The position numbers and the translations under genes are program-made. A DNA stretch of 64,000 nt from contig CAYMWF010000003.1 in NCBI GenBank assembly GCA_964394085.1, forward strand, positions 16,637 through 80,636. Direction: 5' to 3'. Source of the stretch: an uncultured Gemmatimonadota bacterium. GTDB lineage: Bacteria; GCA-2686955; CAYMWF01. Below the pieces are notes generated by a model. It was not told the DNA's origin, ran no database searches, and was given only the letters and a program-made list of their open reading frames with translations. Positions 9,081 to 17,520 of this stretch are shown in pieces; positions within the stretch are counted from its first letter, which is position 1, and each line of letters opens with the position of its first letter.

Positions 9081-10805
9081 CTATGGCGTCACCGCAAATT
9101 CAAAACTACTCTCGTCAATGACAAGAATGCCATAAAATCCGATTAGACCGTACATGGTATAGTTACCGCCGAGCGGAGCATTCCCGGGCACATCGAGCGA
9201 TACCGGCAAGGTAACCGTTGAAAGCGGCGACAGGGTCAGATCACCAGGTCCCAGCAGCGGATTCCATAGATAGGGTTCACCGTTGATCATCATCAGCTCC
9301 AGCCAGCCTTCGAATGTAACGGTCGAATCCATGTTGTTGGTAAGGACCGCATCGAATTCGAGAGAACCTCCCCTCGGTGCAAAGGGGTTTTCGCAAACGA
9401 GCTCAACACCTGCGGGATCGGCGGGATATTTCCTAAGAGATACGGGCACAGTTATGGTTGTATCGATGGCCTCCCCGAAAATCCATACGCTAATTTCCTC
9501 GACATAGAGTCCCGGCTCGAGCAAAGTTCCGTCGAGTACGACTTCAATAGTATCGGATTCTCCCTCACCTATTTCCCCATTCATCGGATCCAGATCGATC
9601 CACCCGGCACCCGTCGAAAGCTCAAAGGAAGCCTGCTCAGACATATACGAAACGAGGAAGAGGCTATCATGAATCGTCTCGACACCTCCTTCAATTATGA
9701 GGAGTTCAAAATCGGTCGGATATACATGCAGCGTATATAGGAACTCGAAAGCTCCCATATCGATCCTTGCTCCACCGCCGGGGGGAGGAGTATCCGCTGG
9801 ATCCCCGGCATCGATACAGGGTGAACCCGGAGACAGGTGGTAATCGAACGGTACGCCGCCGATAAAGAGTGGATCCTCGCTGATATCACCATACCCGGGG
9901 GAAAGGCCGTCGTAGTTTCCACCCGTGTTGTTCCAGACGTCATTGTATGTGATCAGCACCTGTGAGGTCCCGTCCGAAAATATCCCTCTCCTCGTATTAT
10001 TGGCTACTATGTTATTTTTGAACGAGATGTTACTGTTTGTAACGAATGCTATACCACCTCCAGTATCATCAGCGGTATTATCAGTGATGGTATTATTGAA
10101 AATTTGGACTTCGGCTTTATTAGCAATAACTCCACCTCCCCTTTGACCTGAGGAATTCGAGTATATGAGGTTATTTGTAAGACTGGACATGGATGTGTTG
10201 TAAATATTCAGCCCTCCTCCATGAGTCGGTGCCTGGTTTTCAGTTATCTCGTTCCCAATGATGGTGCTTCTGCCGAACCAAATAAAAACCCCGCCTCCTC
10301 CAAGTGTCTCAGCAGAATTATATTGAACCTTGTTATCGATAATCTGGGATGCACCACTATTCAGAAATATACCGCCGCCTCGTTCATCGGCGATATTTTG
10401 ACTGATAATATTCATACTAATAATAGGAGATGCATTATAACCGTAAATTCCACCACCTCTGGTGTCATCCCCGAATGAGATCGTAAAACCCTCAAGTGCA
10501 GTACCGGAACCCTCTGCATCGATAAAACGCACGACACTCGTTGTAGCCTGCCCATGAATGATTGTTTGATCAGGACCTGAACTGCTTGCAACAGTGATTT
10601 CCTTACCCTGGAATATAATATTTTCATAATAATAACCCGGCATAACCAGTACTGTGTCTCCGTCGACTGCCGCATTTATCCCGGCCTGGATTGTCAAGTA
10701 TTCATCCGGCACTTTTAAAACAGCTCCTCGAGCTCCCGAAAGGAGGCCGATCGTTGAATTTACAACCAACCACATCAGGACCAGATACAGCTGAAACCTT
10801 TTCAT
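9081..10805 (-). CDS. Secreted beta-helix repeat protein, paralog A (GGGI/N-rich POMP-like repeats plus two C-terminal Ig-like modules)
   Basis: The ORF is 574 aa with the signal peptide MKRFQLYLVLMWLVVNSTIGLLSGA. About 9 turns of ..GGG(I/V)......I..N.I..N are visible. It carries DISEDPLFIGGVPFDYHLSPGSPCIDAGDP...GARIDMGAFEF. AGGGAGG lies upstream of the ATG. Confidence 0.7.
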   Translation of the reverse strand: MKRFQLYLVLMWLVVNSTIGLLSGARGAVLKVPDEYLTIQAGINAAVDGDTVLVMPGYYYENIIFQGKEITVASSSGPDQTIIHGQATTSVVRFIDAEGSGTALEGFTISFGDDTRGGGIYGYNASPIISMNIISQNIADERGGGIFLNSGASQIIDNKVQYNSAETLGGGGVFIWFGRSTIIGNEITENQAPTHGGGLNIYNTSMSSLTNNLIYSNSSGQRGGGVIANKAEVQIFNNTITDNTADDTGGGIAFVTNSNISFKNNIVANNTRRGIFSDGTSQVLITYNDVWNNTGGNYDGLSPGYGDISEDPLFIGGVPFDYHLSPGSPCIDAGDPADTPPPGGGARIDMGAFEFLYTLHVYPTDFELLIIEGGVETIHDSLFLVSYMSEQASFELSTGAGWIDLDPMNGEIGEGESDTIEVVLDGTLLEPGLYVEEISVWIFGEAIDTTITVPVSLRKYPADPAGVELVCENPFAPRGGSLEFDAVLTNNMDSTVTFEGWLELMMINGEPYLWNPLLGPGDLTLSPLSTVTLPVSLDVPGNAPLGGNYTMYGLIGFYGILVIDESSFEFAVTP

Positions 10806-11143
10806 ATTCGCCTCCCTAATTATAAAATTTAATCATATTTCACCTCATCCCAGCGGTGTATAATACAGTATCCTGATGATTAGTTGTGAATCGGAACCAC
10901 TGACAATTATATCATTGCCTGCTTTTCATCACATGACAACGTTCCCAGAACATTGAGATCGAACAAGCACTAGTCTGTGAATGAAACAGGCTCTTCCTCC
11001 ATCGAATCCGAATTCCACTGAGGGCTCTGACACCTGTTTATGCAAAAAAAACGGTGCATCCTTCCACTGGACCGGTGGCCAGGAAACTTCCTGCGGAAGA
11101 TACGGCGGAGTGATCCGCGACCCGCTGGAAGCTGCCGTAGGTT

Positions 11144-12856
11144 CTACGGCGTTACCATGAACTCGAAGCTGCTCTCGTCAATCACGAAATGGTCGTAGTA
11201 ACCGATAAGACCGCGCATGATATAGTTACCTCCCAGGGGTGCATATTCAGGTACGGCCAGCGATATTGGCATTGTAACCGTGCAAAGGGGTGACAAAGTC
11301 ACATTTCCGGGTCCGAGCACCGGGTTATGTTCGTAAGGCTCACCGTTTATCTTGGTCAGGTCCAGCCAGCCGTCACCGCTTACGACCCATTCCACGTTAT
11401 TGGTAAATACTATATCAAATTCAAGGAATCCGCCTCTCTGAGCTGAAGGCTCTTCGCAAACAAGTTCAACCTCGACAGGATCTATGGGGTATTTCTTGAG
11501 AGATACGGGTACGTTCAGGATTGTATCTTGAGTAGCACCGTAAAACCATGCATTTATTTCTTCGAGGTACACCCTCGGTTCTAAACCGGAACCGTCGAAA
11601 GTAACAATAATCGTTTCCGTCTCCCATCCTCCCAATTCGCCGGTCGAAGGTTCCAGACCCACCCATTCCGCGTCCGTTGAAAGTTCGAATGCTACCGGCT
11701 CGGGATAACGCGACACGAGGAAAAGACTGTCCGTAATTTGCTCCAGCCCGCCTTCTATCATTTGGATTTTCAATTCGGATGGATTGGTATGAATGCCATA
11801 AAGGAACTCTAAAGCTCCAATATCGATCCTGGCTCCACCGCGGGGTGGAGGAATATCCAATGGATCCCCAGCATCGATACAGGGAGAACCAGGGGATAGA
11901 TGATAATCGAACGGAATACCTCCGACAAAAAGTGGATTCTCGCTGATATCGTTAACTCCCGGATAAAGCCCCTTGTAATTCCCACCATAGTTGTTCCAGA
12001 CATCGTTGTAATCGCTGGTCACTTGTGAACCACCGCCTGAATAAATCCCTCCGCTTCCCGTGTTACCAGTAACAATATTGTTCCTTACTATTGCGGTGCT
12101 TCCAGTGGTGATTGCAATTCCACCACCATTGCTATCTGCGGTATTTCCACAAAATGTGTTGTTAACTATATCCAATGTCGCTTCATTCGTAACAATTCCA
12201 CCACCGTTAGCCGGAGAATAATTATTCAGTATCAAGTTGTGATATATATATAAATCCGTGTTGAAAGTACTTATTCCGGCTCCGTGAAGGCTTATTGAAT
12301 TGTTACTTATTTCATTACCAGCAATCAAACAGGATCCGTTCCTGACATAAATCCCACCACCTCCATATTCGTACACAGTGTTGCTAGTGATTCTATTCTT
12401 CTCAATTATCGGAAAACCTCCATCAGCAAGAATGCCTCCTCCTCTGGCTGTTGCATAGTTATTGGTGATTATATTTTCTTTGATCAAGGGTGACGAACCA
12501 TAACAATAGATGCCACCCCCATTTACCGCTCGCCCATTCTCGAGGGTAAAACCTTGAATTACAGCGCCGGAACCCTCCGCTGTCTTGAATACCACAACAC
12601 CATTAAGATATCTTCCGTTTATATAAGTAAGTTTAGGTCCCTTTTCACTTTGCACAACAATCTCTTTACCCCTGAAATCGATGTTTTCAAAATATGTACC
12701 CGGTCGAACAATAACGGTATCACCACCAGTTGCATAATCAATCCCTCCTTGGATAGAAGCAGAATCATCAGGTATATAAATCACATCACAATAGAGCGGT
12801 TCCCAGAAAGTAAGCGTTAATAATGCAGTTGCGGTAATTAATATGATCCACCTCAT
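11144..12856 (-). CDS. Secreted beta-helix repeat protein, paralog B (tandem duplicate of 9081-10805)
   Basis: The internal ATG at 12856 has an AAGGAAGGA RBS and gives the signal peptide MRWIILITATALLTLTF. The C-terminal ~280 aa are collinear with paralog A, for example DISENPLFVGGIPFDYHLSPGSPCIDAGDP...GARIDIGALEF. The track start at 13009 would overlap the upstream methyltransferase gene. Confidence 0.7.
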   Translation of the reverse strand: MRWIILITATALLTLTFWEPLYCDVIYIPDDSASIQGGIDYATGGDTVIVRPGTYFENIDFRGKEIVVQSEKGPKLTYINGRYLNGVVVFKTAEGSGAVIQGFTLENGRAVNGGGIYCYGSSPLIKENIITNNYATARGGGILADGGFPIIEKNRITSNTVYEYGGGGIYVRNGSCLIAGNEISNNSISLHGAGISTFNTDLYIYHNLILNNYSPANGGGIVTNEATLDIVNNTFCGNTADSNGGGIAITTGSTAIVRNNIVTGNTGSGGIYSGGGSQVTSDYNDVWNNYGGNYKGLYPGVNDISENPLFVGGIPFDYHLSPGSPCIDAGDPLDIPPPRGGARIDIGALEFLYGIHTNPSELKIQMIEGGLEQITDSLFLVSRYPEPVAFELSTDAEWVGLEPSTGELGGWETETIIVTFDGSGLEPRVYLEEINAWFYGATQDTILNVPVSLKKYPIDPVEVELVCEEPSAQRGGFLEFDIVFTNNVEWVVSGDGWLDLTKINGEPYEHNPVLGPGNVTLSPLCTVTMPISLAVPEYAPLGGNYIMRGLIGYYDHFVIDESSFEFMVTP

Positions 12857-12908
12857 TATTCCATCCTTCCTTTTGAAATGATAATATCCATACACTTCAG
12901 TAGTCTTT

Positions 12909-13706
12909 TTAGCCGGTTGACCCTTGCATTGACATTCTATCCGATTTGTGAGCGACGGCGATAAAATACTCGGCCGTGTCGAGATTCTGCTCTGAGATCT
13001 CAAAATCATCTGTTTTCACATCCTGAATCGACTCACCTGTAATAAGCTTTTCGATGACCGATTTCAGTTTTTCGGGGAGCAGGCTCCTGATTCCGAAAAC
13101 CCTCTTGATCTTAAGTAAAACCTTAGCGGGTAAACTGCTATACAGCTGCCGGGATTTAGCTTTACAATTATGACGTAACATTTTTTCAATCGAGAAATGC
13201 CGGGAAAGGCAGTCTTCAAATTCCGCCAGCGTGTATTCTCTTACGTGATAAGGATTCAAACCCGCCATCGGATAGATGTCTTTGTTCGGAGTCGATACCA
13301 CCAGCCTGCCGCCCGGTTTCAATACTCGTCGTATTTCGGACAGATATTCTTCCACACCGTTGATATGCTCGAAAACTTCGAAGGAGCAGCATATATCGAA
13401 ATAATCCGATTTAAGGCCCATTCTTTTGCCGTCCGTAGGGAAATAGAGCAAATTCTCCCGGTCGTATTTTCGAGCGGCCGCTTGAGTCGTTTCGGTGGAA
13501 ACATCTATCCCTACAGCCATGCCTGCTTTGCCGGAAACCAGGTTCGTTCCGTAACCGTCCCCGCATCCGGCGTCCAGCACGGTATCCCCTTCCTGGATAA
13601 AATCGCAGAAAAACTGGTATCTGCTCAAATGCTCCTGAAAAAAGAACTCGGGACCCGCTCCGGGTATTATCCTCTCGCCGGTATATTCCTCATTATCAAC
13701 CTGCAT
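12909..13706 (-). CDS. Class I SAM-dependent methyltransferase
   Basis: The ORF is 265 aa. It has TVLDAGCGDGYG (motif I), CCSFEVFEHI and LKPGGRLVVSTPN, which is the Methyltransf_11/23-like pattern. Confidence 0.75.
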   Translation of the reverse strand: MQVDNEEYTGERIIPGAGPEFFFQEHLSRYQFFCDFIQEGDTVLDAGCGDGYGTNLVSGKAGMAVGIDVSTETTQAAARKYDRENLLYFPTDGKRMGLKSDYFDICCSFEVFEHINGVEEYLSEIRRVLKPGGRLVVSTPNKDIYPMAGLNPYHVREYTLAEFEDCLSRHFSIEKMLRHNCKAKSRQLYSSLPAKVLLKIKRVFGIRSLLPEKLKSVIEKLITGESIQDVKTDDFEISEQNLDTAEYFIAVAHKSDRMSMQGSTG

Positions 13707-13800
13707 GTATAATCCTTACTAAAATCCCAGCGAATTCCACTTCAGATATGAATGTATATAGAACTTCTATCCTATTATACGTGCTTTAATCAATCCGATT

Positions 13801-14571
13801 TTATTCGGTGGAAATATCCTGGAGTTTCAATGTCAGTTTCGGTCTTAAATCCGGGTCGCCATAATCGGATGAATAGAAATATACCGATCTCAGGCCTCTT
13901 CTTTCATCGCCTATCAGAAGCAACCCATTGTTTACCATATCCCCATTTATCCATCTCTGTATTATTCTCAGCCCGTATATGTTGAACCGGACGCTCCACC
14001 AGTTATTTTCCACAGGTTTTTCATTGGTAATTCCCATCGGCACATGTGTTCGATCGATTCCCGGAGCGTTTGCTCCCGGAGCATCCCATTCATTCGGATA
14101 CTTGGTGTAGAACCAGGCGGATTCACCCGTGACGGCATCTCTGGCGCATCCGGAGCCTTCACCCCACCCCCGATTCAAACCGAAAACCCATAGATGATCG
14201 TGAGCTCCATTAACTTCATATGGATATATTTCCAGGTTCGCGGAAACGACCTTGACCGGTCCAGATATCCCGAACTCATCAAAATCGAACTTGATCAGAC
14301 TGCGCTCCGGTCCGGACCATGCATACCGGGAACTTCCCACCGTCATCCTGTCAGCCCCGCCGAAATTCATTATCATATAACCGTCAAGGCCGTAATACGC
14401 TCCGTATCCGTTAAGCTTCGTATCGATCCCGATTTCAGGTCCCGGCTGAAGCACCACCGTATATGTCTCGCGTTCTCCGGCCTCGACTTGAATACCGGAA
14501 AACAACACAAAAACACAGACAAAAACCGATGGAAATAACTTACGCAGCAAATCGTACTTCCTACAATTCAT
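13801..14571 (-). CDS. Secreted DNRLRE-like (disaggregatase-related) domain protein
   Basis: The ORF is 256 aa with a signal peptide (LFPSVFVCVFVLFSGIQVEA). RSLIKFDFDEFGISGPVKVVSANLEIY, then NRGWGEG and W...YPNEWD, then a terminal ..RPKLTLKL, fit the DNRLRE domain layout as I remember it. Confidence 0.5.
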   Translation of the reverse strand: MNCRKYDLLRKLFPSVFVCVFVLFSGIQVEAGERETYTVVLQPGPEIGIDTKLNGYGAYYGLDGYMIMNFGGADRMTVGSSRYAWSGPERSLIKFDFDEFGISGPVKVVSANLEIYPYEVNGAHDHLWVFGLNRGWGEGSGCARDAVTGESAWFYTKYPNEWDAPGANAPGIDRTHVPMGITNEKPVENNWWSVRFNIYGLRIIQRWINGDMVNNGLLLIGDERRGLRSVYFYSSDYGDPDLRPKLTLKLQDISTE

Positions 14572-14779
14572 GATAAACCTCCTTGGAATTGGTATTTCTA
14601 AACAATAAAAGCTTACTCTGCATTCATTCTTCTGTCAAGCTCCCGCCATGGAAACGTATATAAATCAACCGCATCTAACGATTTCTGCTGGCATATCGCC
14701 TGAAAATCAAATAAACATTTCAATCAGCCGGAGTTTAGTTCCGATAGTAATTGTGACTGGTAACCCGGAGTGTTGTTGA

Positions 14780-15667
14780 ATGGCGTTTCCAACTCCCGTT
14801 TTCATCGGCGGAGCAGGCAGGTCCGGCACCACCCTCGTGGCCGACATGCTCGGTCTTCATCCCCGCATTTCGCCGATTTATGAAACCGACTTCATCCTCG
14901 ACCTGGCCAGGATTCTTTTTTCGCAGGGCAGGAAGGCGAATTTCAACCAGATGAAAGCCGCGACGCAGCGATACATGGATGCATGGACGCGCCCCCTTCC
15001 ACAGAGACCCCATAACAAACGGAGCCATGAAAAGTACTTTCACGGTCCCCATCACATACTGTTCGACAGGAAATTCGCCTTGCAGGAAACCGAAAGGCTG
15101 CTCGAAGGGCTCGCCAGGGGCGAACAGCTGGCGGCTTTTCAACGATTCGTATACTCCTTGTTCGAGGAACACTGCCGTATCGACGGAAAACCCAGGTGGG
15201 TGAATAAGACTCCTGTTTATGTAAAGAATCTCTCCGCTCTCGACACCCTCTTCCCCGGGATGATATTTATACACTGCATCCGCGACGGTCGCGACACGGC
15301 CTGCTCGGTAATCACGCGGCCCTGGGGGCCTGCCACATTCAGGGAAGCGGCGGGATGGTGGGTCGACCAGGTTTCATCGGGCCTCGATTTCGGTCGGATA
15401 CACCCCGAGCGATACGTCGAAGTCAAGTTCGAGGATCTCCTGACTGATACCGCCAGTACGCTGAAAAACCTTCTCATTTTTCTCGGCGAGGATTCCGGCT
15501 GGCAGGAAATCGTCCGCAAATATGAGAACGGGTCCGGAGATAACGGATTGACCCTTTCTCATGCTCCGCTCGACCGATGGCGGACGGAATTCTCTCCCGA
15601 GGATCAAAGAACCTTTAAGGATATAGCCGGGCGACACCTCGAGAGCTTCGGGTACCCATCATCGTAA
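14780..15667 (+). CDS. Cytoplasmic PAPS-dependent sulfotransferase, TPST/RaxST-like (Sulfotransfer_3-type)
   Basis: The ORF is 295 aa with no signal peptide. The 5'-PSB loop is VFIGGAGRSGTTLVADMLGLHP. The 3'-PB region is NKTPVYVKNLSALDTLFPGMIFIHCIRDGRDTACSV. Both align closely with animal tyrosylprotein sulfotransferase as I recall it. Confidence 0.75.
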   Translation: MAFPTPVFIGGAGRSGTTLVADMLGLHPRISPIYETDFILDLARILFSQGRKANFNQMKAATQRYMDAWTRPLPQRPHNKRSHEKYFHGPHHILFDRKFALQETERLLEGLARGEQLAAFQRFVYSLFEEHCRIDGKPRWVNKTPVYVKNLSALDTLFPGMIFIHCIRDGRDTACSVITRPWGPATFREAAGWWVDQVSSGLDFGRIHPERYVEVKFEDLLTDTASTLKNLLIFLGEDSGWQEIVRKYENGSGDNGLTLSHAPLDRWRTEFSPEDQRTFKDIAGRHLESFGYPSS

Positions 15668-15806
15668 GTAACCATTCCGATTCCTGACAACCTGCTCCAA
15701 ACCGCCAAATAATTTGAAAACAACCCGCTTATAGGATAGAGTTATTCCATGGCGGACAGAGAAACCGCAGTTGGAAAACCGCCAGGTTTTCGTTGGAGGT
15801 TTTAGC

Positions 15807-17336
15807 ATGTCATGGAAGCATCCCGGCCCGAAGTTTTTCGTCGCGCTTGCAGTGGTAATCTTGTGTGGCGCCGCCGACGCGGAACTTACCGTTACCGCAT
15901 ATGATTATCCCGACACCGTAGATGCGGGTGACATCATCTCCTTCATCATAGAAATCTGCAACGGCGGGGAAGATCCCGATTCGTTCAATAAAATCGGCTT
16001 CCTGATCGAAGGTCCCATCAACGCCAAGTTCCTCTACTTCTCCGGGCCGACCTTAACCCTGCCGCCGGGGGGCTGCGTATCCGTGATGCCCAATTTCCAT
16101 ATACCCGAAGCAGCACCTCCGGGACTCTATACAATTACGGTACTGGTCGGTCTCGACACTGTTGAAAAGTGCAGCTGTTCCTTTGACATTGTAGTAAGAG
16201 GTGAAATGCCCGAGCTCGACCATTTCGGTCTATTCGCCTGTGACGGAAGCGGATCCGGGTGGGGAAAATCCTGCCTTGTGGTTTACGATTCGGAAACCGA
16301 CTCAACCTGGCAGGTCGACCTTGGAGCCCGTTCCCAGGGCGTAGGATATACTCCAGCCGCCGATCTGGTCGTCTGCGCGGCCCGGGACGGAGATACATTC
16401 ATCATCGAAACTGAGACCTGGACGATTTCCCATACCGTAACCGCAGGGGGAGGCGTCTATCCGGGAGACGGGGTCGATTTCTCCGAAGACGGTTCCCTGG
16501 CCGTCATACACGAAAAAAGCGGAAGCAACATCTGGATTTTCCCGACCGAAGAACCTCCCGCCTGGATCGAACCCCATACATTCACCGATCCATTGGAGCC
16601 ATCCATTGACGAATTGATCACTATGGACGACATGGTTTACATGATCGATTATGCCAACGATCTACTCTGGTATTTCGATATCTCGGATCCGGCCGGCGCG
16701 GATACGCTCTCCATACCGGGTGACGGGCTGCCTCTGAAACCTACCGCCATGGCGCTGGACACGTCGGGAGATTACCTGGTCGTTCTCACCCTGGGATCGG
16801 GCCCCTACTTCGGCTGCCTGTCGTTCTTCGATATCACGGGCGGTGCCCCTCTCCCGATTGGATGGATCTCCTGCAACACGGGCAACCCCACCGGGGATCT
16901 CAATTTCAGGGGGCCTACGGATCTCGATATCGCCCTGAGCACGGAGGACTTTGAAGGAGCGTCGATAGCCGCGGGGGACGCCGTTGCGGGAATCATCGGT
17001 GAAAACTCAGGTACTCCCGGCGGCTGCGCCGGGGTCTTCAATATTTCGGCGATGCTGGACCGAGAACTGGGCGTACTGCTTGTGTCGAGTCTTTCGGAAC
17101 TGCTCGACCTCGGGGCGGGTTTCATCTTCACGCCCTTCCCCGGCCACATATCGGCTCAACCCATCTCGGATTGCGCCCTGTCTCCGGATGGCATATTCCT
17201 GTCGGCATCGGAAATCGGCGCCACGAGCACCGACGTGACAACCGCGGAAATAACCAGCTTCGATATCCTCATCGAAGGAGCGGCCCTTACCGATCCGGAT
17301 GATGTGACGGTCCTGACGCGTCCTGAATCCGAATGA
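15807..17336 (+). CDS. Secreted protein with an N-terminal Ig-like (CARDB/NEW3-like) module and a beta-propeller-like body
   Basis: The ATG at 15807 has GGAGG 7 nt upstream. The signal peptide is MSWKHPGPKFFVALAVVILCGAADA. The Ig module ends IPEAAPPGLYTITV. I recognise no family signature in the remainder. Confidence 0.55.
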   Translation: MSWKHPGPKFFVALAVVILCGAADAELTVTAYDYPDTVDAGDIISFIIEICNGGEDPDSFNKIGFLIEGPINAKFLYFSGPTLTLPPGGCVSVMPNFHIPEAAPPGLYTITVLVGLDTVEKCSCSFDIVVRGEMPELDHFGLFACDGSGSGWGKSCLVVYDSETDSTWQVDLGARSQGVGYTPAADLVVCAARDGDTFIIETETWTISHTVTAGGGVYPGDGVDFSEDGSLAVIHEKSGSNIWIFPTEEPPAWIEPHTFTDPLEPSIDELITMDDMVYMIDYANDLLWYFDISDPAGADTLSIPGDGLPLKPTAMALDTSGDYLVVLTLGSGPYFGCLSFFDITGGAPLPIGWISCNTGNPTGDLNFRGPTDLDIALSTEDFEGASIAAGDAVAGIIGENSGTPGGCAGVFNISAMLDRELGVLLVSSLSELLDLGAGFIFTPFPGHISAQPISDCALSPDGIFLSASEIGATSTDVTTAEITSFDILIEGAALTDPDDVTVLTRPESE

Positions 17337-17472
17337 AACCGGCTTTCTGAAGATTTCGCTCTTATCAAGGCCGTTCATTAATAATCCATCTCGATTTGAG
17401 TATGCCAGCCCTTATGCCCGGTCAGTCAAGTTCGCCGGGGTTGAATACATCGCGGATCGAGGAGCGTACATG

Positions 17473-17502
17473 TTGACACATGCCCCGGTATGTTGCTAAT
17501 TT
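17473..17502 (+). promoter_or_regulatory. Candidate sigma-70-type promoter for the first Xdh-family operon
   Basis: TTGACA (17473-17478), then 18 nt, then TAATTT (17497-17502), about 20 nt upstream of the GTG start at 17521. This is sequence pattern only. Confidence 0.3.
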
Positions 17503-17520
17503 TATGTCCATGGACGGGAG

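Noticed and set aside
17337-17520. A possible Moco or purine riboswitch in the leaders of the Xdh operons. The regions 20366-20439, 22071-22185 and 22447-22526 were also inspected.
   Set aside because: I could not find the conserved cores of these riboswitch classes or a convincing multi-stem fold by eye. Only a weak GGCGG...CCGCC hairpin at about 22079-22094 is present, without a U-tract. An Infernal scan would be needed to exclude them formally.
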